A DNA stretch of 64,000 bases, from positions 1,402,916 to 1,466,915 of the forward strand of contig RHPI01001037.1 of assembly GCA_009103225.1 (NCBI GenBank). Reading direction: 5' to 3'. Below, one piece after another: positions 39,724-52,458 of the stretch (position 1 is the stretch's first letter; each line of letters opens with the position of its first letter). Origin of the DNA: Chlorokybus atmophyticus. Taxonomy: Eukaryota; Plantae; Mesostigma and Chlorokybus algae. The notes below the pieces were generated by a model. That model did not search any database. It was not told the DNA's origin and was given only the letters and a program-made list of their open reading frames with translations. Both the position numbers and the translations under genes were made by a program.

Positions 39724-42064
39724 CAGTCCACCCTCGATGTAGTGACCACGGATGTTTCAAGAGAAATTGTCACTGCAGAGAGTTGTCAAGACTTCGATGT
39801 AGTGACCAAGTGTCACTGTAGCGCATTACAGCTATGTAACGACAGTCTGTCGTTATAACGAGGTATGAGCCTGCTGCTAGACTATCCTCTATGTAGTGAC
39901 TACCGGTCACTAGATCGAGGTGTGCATACAAACTCAGCATGCATTCATTCGTGTCAAGTGCAAGCATGCCAACACACTGCACATGTGTGTGATGCCTTCG
40001 CTACAATACTCTATATTAATACATACATAATGAACTCCACACAGCCACAAATGAACGAATGTCCACTTGCCGCGTGCGCATTGTGTTAACGGCCGATGCG
40101 CGCAACGTCTTGGCAACGATGCGCTGCATATCCAAAGCATCGCGAGGTGTGAATGTGGATGCATTGTCGTTGATGAACACTTGCAATCGACTAGCTATCA
40201 AGCGAGCTTCCTATAATGGAACGCACGGCGGGGGGATGTTATCAGCATTAGCGTCGCCCGGATCGTTCTCTTACATCAAATGAGCCAGGCTCTGTACCCA
40301 ACTCCACCAGCTCCTTCACGCTCAACTCCGCCTCAACTTCATTTTCTTCAATCAAGTCGACATACTCTTCCATGGTCGTCTTGTCTTTGAGGTCAAGACG
40401 ACCAATGAGAGAAGCAAGCTCATCAGCATCATGCTCCTCCAGGCGTGTTGCAGAGCGCTCATCGGCTTCACGGATGTCGGCATCCCATGATGATGGAAGG
40501 ATCCCTGTCTTTCTCCAACAGTTGCAAATGGATTGTGGCTCCACCGATTCCCATGCACTCACCGCCCACTACAAAGCTTGCTTGATGTTGGCTTTAAAGG
40601 TTGAGACTAGGGTGGAAGGGTCATTGGATTCTGACAGCAGCCACTCGATCAGCAACTTTATGTAATGAACCTTTAAGCAAGCTATTATGCCTTGATCTAA
40701 GGGCTGGACTTTGGAGGTGGTGTGGGGAGGGAGGCACACCAGCGTCACGTGAGTAAGCTTCGCAATGTTCAGGCCATGAAGTTCCCCTTTTTCAACATGA
40801 GCGTCCGGTAAAATGTGACGGGACACATTGTTTAGCAGCAGCACGATGTGCTTCTCCGCCATTGACACGCGTGCATTCAGCTTCTTCACCCCGTGCAAGA
40901 AGAACTTGGTAGTCATCCATGCTGAGGCATTGTTGTAGTAGTCCACAAACTTGCATAGATCGAATTTACCAAAGCAACGTGGTTTGGCATACTTGTGAAT
41001 GAAGACCACTGGTATGGCATGCGCTGCTTGTCGATGCCATTTACGTTCGCAACAAAGCCAAGCAAGCGTGACACGCTTTTTGCATTTCTTCCGGCCTCGC
41101 ACTGCTTCTGGAGCCAGCGTGCGAACTGGCATTTGTCGATTTTCTTACAGTCCAGCCTCAGCAAAGTTGTATGTGGTTTCTGGTGTCGCCCCAAGCTCGT
41201 CCATTACTAGCGGCAACTTCGCACGAGCCCTTGCCACACCTTCTTCGTCGGCATCGGCGGGCTTGTCTTGGTATTTAACGCATCTGATGTTATGCCTAAA
41301 AAACAACGTATGCTTAATATCAAGTCGCAATGATATACAGGATAACTACCCTTCCAACGTCTTACCTTTCCTTAAACTTCCAACCAGCCAGGGGATGCCT
41401 TGAACGCTGCCTCGTCAATGTGCATCTCATCTCCAAGCTTGATGGCTTGTGTAGTCAGCATGGCGTCTGAGATGTCGACCTTGCATTGCGCTTCTGCGAA
41501 TGTTGATACAGCATTAGCATCATCTAGTCAAAACATGTAAGTGTACACGCATGTGTACTAGTATGTAAGTAGCATTGCAGCAACAGACTACTACCACCAC
41601 CAGCACCAACACCAGCACACCACCACCAGCACCAGCACCAATATGCAATCGGCAGATTGCAGCACAAGTATACAACCAGCAAGTGTATGCAAGTGTGTGG
41701 GAATGTATGCGGGTACACGCATGTATGCAAGTGTGCAATCAGCCAATTGCAGCAATGACTACAAACCACATGAGGCCGCCCCTGCCGCTGCCGCCGCCGC
41801 CGCCGATGCCACCTCTACCGTAGCGGCTGTGACAGCCGCTACCTCCACTTCGGCATTTGACGCCGGAACCTCGCTGCTATCTAACCATAATCAATGGATT
41901 CCATGCTATGTACCCTTGATATAATGACATTTGCTATTAGCACTACCTGTCGTTACAGAGATTGTGATAGTCACTACAAATCATATGCGAATCGGTTATG
42001 CAAGTAAATGTCACTATTGCGAGGGTGTCATTGAAACGAGTGTGATTACAGCGCGGGTAGACTG
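39724..42064 (-). mobile_element. pogo/Tigger-like DNA transposon 1, inserted at a TA inside the outer TIR
   Basis: TIRs CAGTCCACCCTCGATGTAGTGAC and (reverse complement) CAGTCTACCCGCGCTGTAATCAC match at 18/23. Left flank TA, right flank CA. A TAGTGAC-type motif recurs subterminally. Confidence 0.85.
40248..41520 (-). pseudogene. Decayed pogo/Tigger (CENP-B HTH + DDE_1) transposase with a 70-nt GT-AG intron (41296-41365)
   Basis: FKASPGWL..FKER/HNIR, YNFAEAGL*, KKRVTL, NNASAWMT, IVLLLNN, LPPHTTSKVQPLDQGII and ICNCWRKTGILP. In-frame stops, a frameshift and altered catalytic Asp residues. Confidence 0.88.
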
Positions 42065-42080
42065 CACCCCCCCCCCCCCC

Positions 42081-42098
42081 NNNNNNNNNNNNNNNNNN
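42081..42098. other. Assembly gap (18 N) after a poly-C run
   Basis: N block directly visible. Confidence 0.99.
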
Positions 42099-42482
42099 GG
42101 CTTTGTTTGACACCCCCCTTTTACGGACAAGAATCTTATCTTGCCGCAAGATAGTACCCTAATACACCCCCCCCCCTCATTGCGTTTGCGTAGTAGGGGA
42201 AGACGTGGTGCGTCGGGGTCGAACGAACGGTGTTGTGTTTGGTCGTGCTCTGTAATTGATGGACCATATACACAGCATCGACGACGACCGCCGTGCGTTG
42301 GGCGGAGTACAGTCTACTCTCCTTATAAGTATACACTTGGTCCTCAAAAATAATATACTTATAAAATATATATGTTTACCTTCATATAAGTATGTAATAT
42401 GTTTACATGCATATCAGTATAATAAATACTTATACACAGAGTCAGCCCATTTGCAGCACCTCTTTGTTATAAACATAGATAT

Positions 42483-43085
42483 TGTCATGTCTGTTGTCCG
42501 CGCATGGCAGCCATCATCGGGCCTGCCTACATCGAGACCCTCGCCCGGCCTACCAGCATACCGACCCGCTTACGGCACTGACCAGTAGCTAGGTCATAAC
42601 TCTAGGATAGCTCATGACCATAGCCTACATAGGCACCGCGCGTAGGTGATTAGTTGTGAAATCAGTTGTAAGTTGTGTTCTACATCGAGTGGAAATTTCT
42701 ATGAAAATAGCCTCGATATGACCGTTAGCTTATGTTCTGAACAGTCATGGTTTGACTTGTATAAGTAGTCACAATGATCACCGGATCAGCTGGTGACACT
42801 GTGAGTAAGAAGGCTAAGAGCTTATGAAGCGACTTGAACTACGAACACGCCGTCCCAGTTATTAGGAAACCCCTCACCGTGTGGAAGCTTGTGCATGCTC
42901 TTGTGCACCGCGCTTGTCATTGCTGTGAGCTTGGTGTGCCTGGTTGCGGTGTGCGTATTGGCATCAGTTAGGGCATAGCATCCACGTGTTGCTTGCTCAT
43001 TCACCTCACTTAACATTGTAACACATTTTCCACTCATGCAAAGAATTGTATAAACAGCACTACCTATAATAGTGGCTTGTTGACT
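42483..43085 (+). repeat. Terminal repeat A1 (603 bp)
   Basis: Aligns end to end with 52706-53310. About 60 differences by eye, roughly 90% identity. Confidence 0.93.
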
Positions 43086-43306
43086 TACAGTGTCACCCTC
43101 TTTGCTCAAGTGAGTGTAGTTGCATTCTGTTCTCTCATCAGAAGTGCAGCTTGTGATGTTTACATCTCAGTGCATTGTTGTCATCGCCATCGCATAGTGC
43201 GCACAAGCACTAGTGTCACACAGTTTTGGTATAGCAGCATTGGTGATATCATTGTAAGAGTACAAACGCTCTACCCTTCATACACCTTCACCATTGCATT
43301 AGCTGT

Positions 43307-45150
43307 ATGAGCAGGCCCACCCCTTTCTCGTCAATAGAAGAAGGGAACCTCAACAGCTGGAGCCCAACCTCCAACCTTACCTACGAGCGCGCAAGTGAAG
43401 GGAGCAGTCACCGTAGCAGCAGAGGCTCACGCCCCGTCTCCGACTTCACCTCGTTTCACTCTACTCGTCGTCAGCGAGCATGTCCACCTCCGTTGGACAG
43501 TGACGATGACAAGATGGAGCCTTTCAGCTTAACCAACTCTCTGCGCTTCTCCGAACGCTCTGGCACCACCTGACTTGGTGAGTTCATCATCAAGTTCCAC
43601 TCTCAGATGCGGCAGCAAGCTCTCAAGAGCAAAGACTGGACAGATGAGGTATCGTTTCATGTGTCCGCTCGATACCTTGATTACGAAGCACATGATGTGT
43701 GGAAGTCCGTTGCTGAGTTGCACAAGATTGATGGCTACGGCGAGCTGGCCAGCACCATAGCCTCCACATCAGTGCACAGCCCATCAACTGCTGTCCCCGT
43801 AGCAGCGGCCCCACCAGCCTCATTCACTGTTCTCATCCTAACCGCAGCCTTGAAAAAGGCAAAAAATGAAGAAGTTGAGGTGGTAGTGGCTTTTTTAACT
43901 CCTGCAGAGATCGAGGCCAACAAGGCTGACCGCCGGATTATAATATTCAACCGCACCGCTGCTATCATTAAGAAGCAACCAGGGGAGCAGCAAGCTGCAG
44001 CGTTGGAAACGGCTACTCCTCTGCTTCCAGCACCGGGCTCGCGCGCTCCAGCAAGAGGCAGTGTTTTCACCCTCGAGTCAGTGGCATTGCGGGCACCCGC
44101 GCTTATGGTGGGCATTGCCATGTCGGACTCTCTTTTAAAATACCTCTACGCCGCACTTCGGCGTACGTTCCCACCTCAAACCAACATCAAGGTGGAAGAG
44201 TTGAGGCACTTCGACGGAAGCCCAACGAGGACCCTCTTCGGCTGTATTCGCGGTTAGAAGGGTTGCTTAAAGACACCAATTACAAGATTGTCAGTAAGGA
44301 GGCGGCAGCAGTGGTGTATGTAGCCGAGTTGGATCCCACCTTGAGCGAGTCAACGCGCCTGACGCTGAATTACAGCAGGCCCCTTGGCTACACCCTTAAG
44401 GAAGCTCTTGAGACTGCACAAGCCATCCTCAAGCGCGCGGTGTACGAGAAAGCAGTGCTGAACACCAACCGCAGTGCCTCACGGCCTATGGCAGGCACAA
44501 GTGCAGAGCCCCCTCAATAAGACCGCAGCCGAGAGACTCAAGGAGTCCAAAACAAAGATAAATGGTCAGCTCATGCTGCCCTTATTGCTCCAGTGTTGTG
44601 CCATCGGTGTGGTCGGCATGGCCACTATAAAAAGGAGTGCACCGAAGACTATGGCAACCTTGTGTGCGACTACTACTGCCACAAGACGGGACACTTGGAG
44701 ACAGTATGCTGGCTCAAGTTCCCCGAGTTGCGGCCCTCTATTGGCTACAACAACAACAACAGCGCTGGTGGCTACCGCGGCAACAACAACAACAACAACA
44801 ACGGGGGCTACCACAACAGCAACAACGCTGGCGGCCACAATAACGGCAACAACGCTGTTGGCAACCACCCCAACATCCCCAATGCCGGCAACCGCAGAGA
44901 GGAGTCGGGCTACAGAGGGAAACCGCTGCAGCGCAAAGGACCTAAGGGACGTCCTCGTGCTAGAGCGGCGGTTGTCAAAGCATCAGCTCCTCCACCAGCC
45001 GTCGACAAAAATGCAGCCCTTATGGCGCGCGTGGCACAACTGGAAGAGAACAAGGAGCAGGATTATCAAGCCTGCTACTCTGCCCGCTGGGCTAGAAGAT
45101 GGCACCCAACCGAGACAGGGACACTCCCACGCCATCTCGTGTGCAACTAA
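43307..45150 (+). pseudogene. Gag-like ORF remnant with two CCHC zinc knuckles (about 44599-44709) and an Asn/Gly-rich tail
   Basis: CHRCGRHGHYKKEC and CDYYCHKTGHLETVC. Collinear ORF pieces 43307-43573, 43607-44257, 44263-44520 and 44593-45150 are separated by stops and one frameshift. Confidence 0.8.
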
Positions 45151-47369
45151 CAAGACGTGCGCGTAGAGAAGCTGGCGCATCATCGACAGCGGTATCGTTG
45201 GAAGCCACAAGTGGTGCTGCCTCCGCATCCACAACCACTATTGGGACGACGCCATCAATGACACCGTCGGCATTCACACCAACAACGACAGCAGGTGTAA
45301 GCACCCATGGCACCATGCTATCTCCGGTGATGGAAAGCACCGAAGCCGCGGCAGCCATGGTCGGCGGGTTCGTGGGTAGTGAAGCCACCACTCCTACCTC
45401 CATTGGAGCCACGGCATCAGCCACGACTGCTGCCACCCTCACTGCTGCCACCTCGATCATGACTCTTGCTGCAGGTGCCACAACCATCACTTGAAGTGAT
45501 GTTGCACCCACGGCAATACCACCTGACGTTCGAGCAGCGCCGCCACCAGCACTTGATGTCACTCAGCAAGCACCACGCGAACCGCAAGCAGACCAAGCTT
45601 GGGTATCCATTCTGCACAACATCAAGCCCACCACCATTGCATACGGACCTGGGGGACAGTGCACTACACGCGTGGCACGCGATGATCGCATCCTGCCTCT
45701 ATCACCTCCAGGGGACCACACGCTGCCGGAGCCCACCCATCAACATCTAGAGGACGAAATTCTCGCCGGCACTGCTCTGGAGATGAGGGATTGGCTCTTC
45801 GGGGTTACCTACCGGCGACCTGCTATGCTGGAGCTGGCCATACAGCTGTTCTTGACGTTGCACGCAAGGGTGCAGGGCGCACCCAGTCAGCCGCGACAGC
45901 CAATGCCCGCGCAACAGATTGAGTAGTCACCGCTTGACCCGCTCGGACTTCAGCGCCGTCAAGTACAAGCCCTCATGGTGACCACGTCAGACATGCCGCT
46001 GGGCACTGACCCTGCGCTTCGAGGGCTCATTCAGGGAAGCCGGCAGGAGCGGTTTTTTTGTCCTCGATCAAGCACATCGCTATCGATTGAGTGGACCAAG
46101 CAACACAAGTTGACGCACGCCGTTAAGTGTACGAGGCAAAACATGCTGCTTTAATGCCGACCGCGGCGCCGGCTGATGTCGACAGCACCTCCAATACACT
46201 GACCGTGGTGTAGCCCACATCAACTGCAGTCGCTCCGCGAAGGCAAGCAACTGTTGCGGACCAAGCGAGGGCGTTGGCGCAACAATTGAGGGGGGTAATT
46301 GCCCTGCTGCTGCCTCCTTTGGTTGAAGACATGCCCGAAAATCAATGCGATTCAGGACGAGGGTAGTACCTTACCCCACATGAGGACACCACACAATGAG
46401 GAGGAGCTGGTATGGTGGGAGAGCAACAACTCCGTACCGCACTCATACGATAAGCAGTTATGCTGCACAGGCCTGAGGGCAGTGCATTACAACAGATGAT
46501 GGGGATGCGAGAAGGCAGTGCCACCTGTGCACGTCGTGACATGGCTAGTCGCCAATCACCCTGCCGTCCCCATCTTTACCTTTGGCAACAGAGCATCATG
46601 GTTGGGGGCATCCGTTCGCTCGCTGTGACAAGCATACGACGAGGCCGCCACCACGGCTTCAGACACATTGGAGGGAGTGCAAGAGGCAATGCTGCGGCTG
46701 CCAGGGGTAGAAGCTACACGGCAACCACTGCGCATCGCCATTGCTTATGAGCTACACGCACGACAGACTGACCTCCAGCGCACTATACGTGCACGCGCCA
46801 TGATCGTACTCGATGTGTGTGTGGTACATGGAAGGTGGGATGCCTACACGGCAGGAATATTGCGAGTCCCCACCATCACCCACGACATGCGGCGACAGCT
46901 ACTACACGCAGTGTACCTGCAGCCCATGCCTCAATACCATCATTGGACTGACATGGACACGGAGCCCACAGCCACGTGGGAAGGGACATTGGTCAGAGAG
47001 GCGGCTTGTGCCGTTTGATGGACGTACGCCGCAGAGGAAGCTAAACGCGAGGCAGGCCCACAACCACCGAGTCCTCCGAGTTTTCCTCCACAGCCATTGG
47101 GTACACCTGCGGGCATGATCCCATCCTCGCAGAGGCAGCATCCACCTGCACCGCCACTACAATCGTCGCCGAAACCCCCAGCACCAAGGCCTCCCCGTGT
47201 CTACCAACCACCACGACAAGGTCGGTTCGGCAGAGGGAGAGGGCAAGAAGAGGGTCCTCCAGACTCAGCAGGCAGAGGAGCTTTGGCTGCACTGCGCTCA
47301 GCACCCCCAGCTGAGAGACATGAGGCCCCGATGGTGGCAGCCCGCACGAAGAGGCTGCTCATCAACGCT

Positions 47370-47756
47370 AACGCGGCCATGGTTGCCAACGAAGGCAAGC
47401 ACGTGGCCGTCAACGGTCAAGCACCCAAGCGTGTGATGCAGAACACCGGAGCACAGCCTGTCATCATCCGGCGTTTCCTTGCTCGGTCCCTTGGCATCAC
47501 CAGCTCAGACTTGCTGCCTTGTTCATATGTGTTGGACGCCGCTACCGGCAGTTGTGACAAGGTGATGGGGGTTACCAAGGAGGCTCTCTGCATCCGGTTG
47601 ACAGGGCTGGACCCAACCCACACCACGGAGATCATTCAGCAATGCGTAGTCGCCAACGCCGACTCCTTCGGATTTCTGCTTGGACAGGACTTTAACTTCC
47701 CCGTGGGTATGGGCCTGGACTACTTGACAGAGCGGGCTTGGTTCCGACCACATTAG
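47370..47756 (+). pseudogene. Retropepsin-like aspartic protease remnant
   Basis: VMQNTGAQPVII (D-T-G with D to N) and downstream FGFLLGQDF (the xLLGxDF motif). Confidence 0.7.
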
Positions 47757-48174
47757 GACGAAGATGACGGAGAGGTACAGGGCTTCCTGCCCCTCGAGTT
47801 GGTGTCGCAAACGCGTGCCTAATGCAAAGTGGCTGCCGCAGCCATACGCCGTCACGTGCGCGCGTGAGAGGCTGCATCGGCCACATATACCAGCGCTCGC
47901 ACAAGAGTTGCTGCTGTTGCCGCCGCCCCTTGCCGCACCGACGACACCGCTCCGATTCCTTGCACTAGAGGAGCAGGAGGATGCCACCGTCGAAATGGCA
48001 TTACAATCTCCGGCCGAACGCCGTTGGCGTGCGCAAGTGGACGCGCACCTCTTGCTGATCCAACCGCTGGTCACCTCACGCTTTCATCACAACACGGGAC
48101 ACGGCAAGGTGCAAAGCGAGCACATGGTAGCCACCTGGGTGGTGAAGTTCCATACCTTCCGGCGACAACAGAGC

Positions 48175-49113
48175 ATCACAGTGTTGGTGCTGTTTGGAGG
48201 CATCGGCAGTGGCCTCGCTGCGGTCCTCAACACAGGTGTCAAAGTCACCAAGTAGTATTGTTGTGACCCCGACCCGCACGCTCAAAACAGCCCTTACGCA
48301 CCATCTGCGCAAGCTGCACGAGCGCTATCCACAGCAACTGCCCTTATCGGCGTTGCAAGGCAGCCTCAAGGCATTGCCACACGACATGCGGCTGATCACA
48401 GAGGACCACTTGCTGTCCCTCGGCAACATCGACTTGTTCATAGCTGGATGGGAGTGCCAAGGACACTCCAGGGCAGGGAAAGGCCGAGGCCTTAAAGACC
48501 CTCGCTTAGGGCCGTTTTGGGAGTTGATGAGAGTTATCCACCTCCTTCAACAGCACCAGATCTCCAGGCCCCTAGGATACGTCGTCGAGAACGTGCACTC
48601 GGAGGATGATAAGCGTCCCCATGTAGCCTCCAGCTACCGACAGGTGTGCTCCATCCTTTGGCATCCACTAAAAGTGATTGCAGCACGCCATGGCTCCCGT
48701 GCACATAGTGTGCGCGGCAAGCGGACAAACTTAGCCACCACCGAGGAGCTAATGGCAGCAGAGTTCACACGCAGCACTCGGTCACGCAATCTCTTGATCA
48801 ATGACATCCTTGACCCCGTAAATCCCAACCGGTCACACGCCTTGACCACAGCCACTTCTACCAGTGCAACCAATCGGGGCAACCGAAACGCGCACTTCCC
48901 ACCTTGATGTCCTACCCTGGGTCGTACGCCTTTCGCAATGAAAGTGACGGCATGGTCTTCGACACCACAATAAAACAATTCACGGAACCCAATGCATGTG
49001 AGCGCGAACGCACCATGGGCTTCTTCCCAAACAGTATCACAGAATCCCAGCTGACCGACACTCAGCAATGTCAAGTGCTCGGCGCCATTGACAAAAACAG
49101 CATGGTCTGGTTA
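48175..49113 (+). pseudogene. C5 cytosine DNA methyltransferase catalytic domain inside Pol
   Basis: Motif I TVLVLFGGIGSG; III HDMRLI; IV DLFIAGWECQGHSRAG (catalytic Cys); V GLKDPR..PFWE; VI YVVENV; VII/VIII ARHGSRAHSVR; IX EPNACERERTMGF; X LGAIDKNSMVWL. Motifs are in canonical order, with one stop and two frameshifts. Confidence 0.9.
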
Positions 49114-49379
49114 ACAGGAGCTGCGTTTCGCGTTGCAGGACCGCCATATGTCCTTTAAAGATCTTGAACACCTGGCTAGGGGGTGGGCTGATCGCGTTGC
49201 AAACACCAAGGCAGCTCACACAGCCCTCAAGGTGGCCCACATGGAGGGGCAAGCCGCAGTAACAGTGGAAGACATCCCCGTGGTTGCCAAGGCAACGTCA
49301 TGGGACCATGCTATTGGCCTTCTTGCCACAGAGGACACACGAGAAAAGCTGGATGCTCTCCTCAACACGTGGAGGAGGC

Positions 49380-49995
49380 AATTCAGCTCTATCGTGAAGG
49401 AGTTGGGTACATGTTCAGTGTACCAAATGGACATTGAGCTAGTGGACACCGAGCCGGTATTTCGACGGCAATACAGGCTCTCCAAGTTGGAGGAGGACCT
49501 GGTGGAACAGAGATGTAAGGCTCTGCTGAACGCAGGCCTCATTGAGGAGTCCACATTGGACTTTGCATCCGCGACGGTCGTGCCGTTGAAGAGAGATTCA
49601 GCAGGCAACTTGAAAGAACGGCGTATGTGTGGCGTCTATCACTCTCTCAACAACAAGACTAAACAAGACAGGTACCCAATGCCCACAGCAGAAGGTATCT
49701 TTGATAATATGGGAGACTGCACAGTTTCGGCATCCTCGACATGCGCCAAGGGTACAATCAAATCGCCATTAAGGACGAAAACAAGCACAAGACCTCCTTC
49801 CGAGGCAACCGACAACTGTACCAATGGAAAGTGATGCCGTTTGGGCTGAACAATGCCCCCGCCAAGTTTCAGCGCGTCATGGACAAAGCCTTGAAGGGAC
49901 TGCACTTCGCGCGATGCTACGTTGACGACATCTTCACCTTCAGCCGCAACAACAAAAAGCACCTACAGCACATCGAGGACGTGCTGAAGAGACTC
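49380..49995 (+). pseudogene. Gypsy-type reverse transcriptase remnant
   Basis: PVFRRQYRLS, ASATVVPLK, RRMCGVYHSLN, DRYPMP, MRQGYNQI, KTSF, MPFGLNNAPAKFQRVMD and CYVDDI; one frameshift. Confidence 0.95.
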
Positions 49996-50339
49996 AGGGG
50001 TGGGGATGACTGTGCATCCCGACAAGTGCACCTTCTTCACTCACAAGGTACCCTACCTGATACACATCATTGTGCCCCACGGTGTGTACGTACAGCAAGC
50101 ATAGGTGGAGGCCCTGGCAGCTATCCCTGCTCAAATGGACCTTACGCGCCTGCGCGCCTTCTTGGGCCCTGCTAACTACTTTTGCCGGTTCGTGGACTTC
50201 GCAAAGATTGCGCGGCCCCTCAACGAGCTACTAAAGAAGAAAGTGGAGTTTGCGTGGAAGGAGCCACAGCAACAGGCTTTTGAGGAGCTAAAGGGCAGGC
50301 TCATCGCAGCTCCCATCCTTCAATGCCCTGACTACACCA

Positions 50340-50706
50340 AGCCCTTCATCCTCCACACCGACTGGAGCAAGCCCGAGATGGGGGCTATGTTGGTGCAGCA
50401 CAATGAGAACACGAAGGAGCGGGTGGTGTCATACGCCAGCCGAAGCAACAACAGCGCCGAGGCCAACTACAGCAGCTACGAGGGGGAGTGCCTTGCTGCG
50501 GTGTGGGCTATCTCCTTCTTCCGTCTATTTCTCTTCGGTTGATAATTTCAATTGATCACCGATCATCAGCCACTCGAGGTGGTTGATGACCAACCAACAC
50601 CTGACAGGGAAACTTGCTCGCTGGGCCCTGCTGTTGCAGGAGTATGACTTCGAGATTGACCACCACGCGGGCCATACCAACCAAGACGCCGATGGCCTCA
50701 GTCGCA
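50340..50706 (+). pseudogene. RNase H remnant
   Basis: FILHTDWS, VVSYASR, NYSSYEGECLAAVWA, TDHQPL, KLARWALLLQEYDF and DADGLSR. Confidence 0.93.
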
Positions 50707-51139
50707 AACCTCACCTCAGCACCAACAATGCAACCGGAGCTCGGCATGAGCTCGGCCCTGCTGCAGCAGCTCCCACCGTGGCAGCCATGTTGCTGTGGCC
50801 GCGTTACGCTCAGGGCGCAAAACCAACACCACTGCCACATCAGCGGCGGAGGAGATTTTTGCCCTTGAGTCTACTGGCCCCACAGTGACCACACCCTTAG
50901 GGGACGCCCACGCGCTCGACATTGTAGTCGTCGACACAGAGCTGGCCCACCGACACCAGGCAGGACATATGGTTAGACAAGCCATCAATCTCCTTCCTTC
51001 AAAGTGGCCAGCTTCCCTTCGGCATAAATGCACAAGAGAGAGATTGTGTCAACCAACGCACCTGCCACTATTGGTGGGCAGACGACGAGCTGTATCGCCG
51101 TTCTCATGACGAAGACAAGGACCCGACACCAGCCACACG

Positions 51140-51810
51140 CGAGGGCATCATCACTGCCCTCCACATTGAGCTTGGACACTTTGGTGTCAAGCGTGCGGTG
51201 AGCCTAGTAAGGGCACAATATTGGTGGTATGGGTTGTCTAAGCAGGTGCAGGGATTCATCAGTCATTGCCAAGAGTGTGATATGGTGCGCGCCATCCTCA
51301 ACACACGCAGCACCACCTTGCACCCACTCCCCATATTTGGTCTGTTCTATCGTTGGGGACTCGACATCTTGGGAGACTTGGCACCCTCAGCACGTGGCAA
51401 CCGTTACATGCTGGTCATGATCGAGCACTTTTTCAAATGGGTGGGCTGGTGCCACTACCCGACAAGAGCAGCAGGGGGGGGTCTCAAGCCTTCCTCTCCC
51501 ATGTTTTCAGCCGATTCGGCAGCTGCGGTCATTTCCGACCAAGGCACAGAGTTCAGAGGGGAGTTCGACACCCTTTTGGACAGATGCTACATCGGTCATC
51601 GCCGTACCTTGCGTAACCACCCCCAAGCCGATGGTCTTGCCGAGCGTACAGTGCAGTCCATAAAGAAAGCACTCCGCAAGTACGTGCTGAAGTATATAAA
51701 GAACACCTAGGATGACCATCTTCCGTGGGTGGCCTTTGGATACCGATTGTCATACAGGCAGCTCTGCGCGAGTACAGCCCATACTACCTGATGTTCGGCC
51801 GCCCGCCATT
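51140..51810 (+). pseudogene. DDE (rve) integrase remnant with HHCC finger and GPY/F-like motif
   Basis: LHIELGHFG...HCQEC, RWGLDI, ISDQGTEF, HPQADGLAERTVQ and SPYYLMFGR. Confidence 0.93.
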
Positions 51811-52255
51811 GCTTCCCTTTCGTGCACAGCAGGAGGTAGATTGTGTGGTGAACAACCTCTACAATCCCATTTGGATGCACCACGACATTACCACACGCGC
51901 CGCGCTATTCGAGCGCACCGTCGATATGGCCTTCAACAACCTACGCATCGCGCAGCACCGCGACACTTTGCGCTACGAGCGCATGCGCAGCGGCTTCTAC
52001 AAGGAGCGCCAACGACGGTTTCAAGCAGGGGACTTTGCCTACCATGGCATGGCAGCCACCAAGGACACGCTTGGCACCTCCGTGGGCCGCACCGTCTACA
52101 AGGTACTCAAGGTGTACCCCACCGGGGTGCTGGACCTCCTCGGTCAAAACGGAAAGAGGTTGAAAGACAACATGATAAACTGCGCACCATGTCACCTCCC
52201 GTACGTAGCTGGCTTTGGGCGCATTCAGCACCCTCGCCCCGCCCGCAGCACGCGA

Positions 52256-52390
52256 TATGAATGCTGCGGCAGCACCGACGACAACGCACTCATGATGCTT
52301 TGCGACGGCTGTAACAAGGGCCTGCAGTGCTACTGTCTTGAGCCCCCATTAGACGCAATACCCATGGAGGAGTATTGGTGCGACGATTGC
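52256..52390 (+). pseudogene. PHD finger at the C-terminus of Pol
   Basis: YECCGSTDDNALMMLCDGCNKGLQCYCLEPPLDAIPMEEYWCDDC shows C4HC3 spacing, with the first Cys and the His substituted. Confidence 0.85.
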
Positions 52391-52458
52391 CGCGCCAACG
52401 GCCCTCCTCACTTGCGTTAGCAGCTGAGCCCTGGAGCTGGAACCTCCTCGAAATATCA

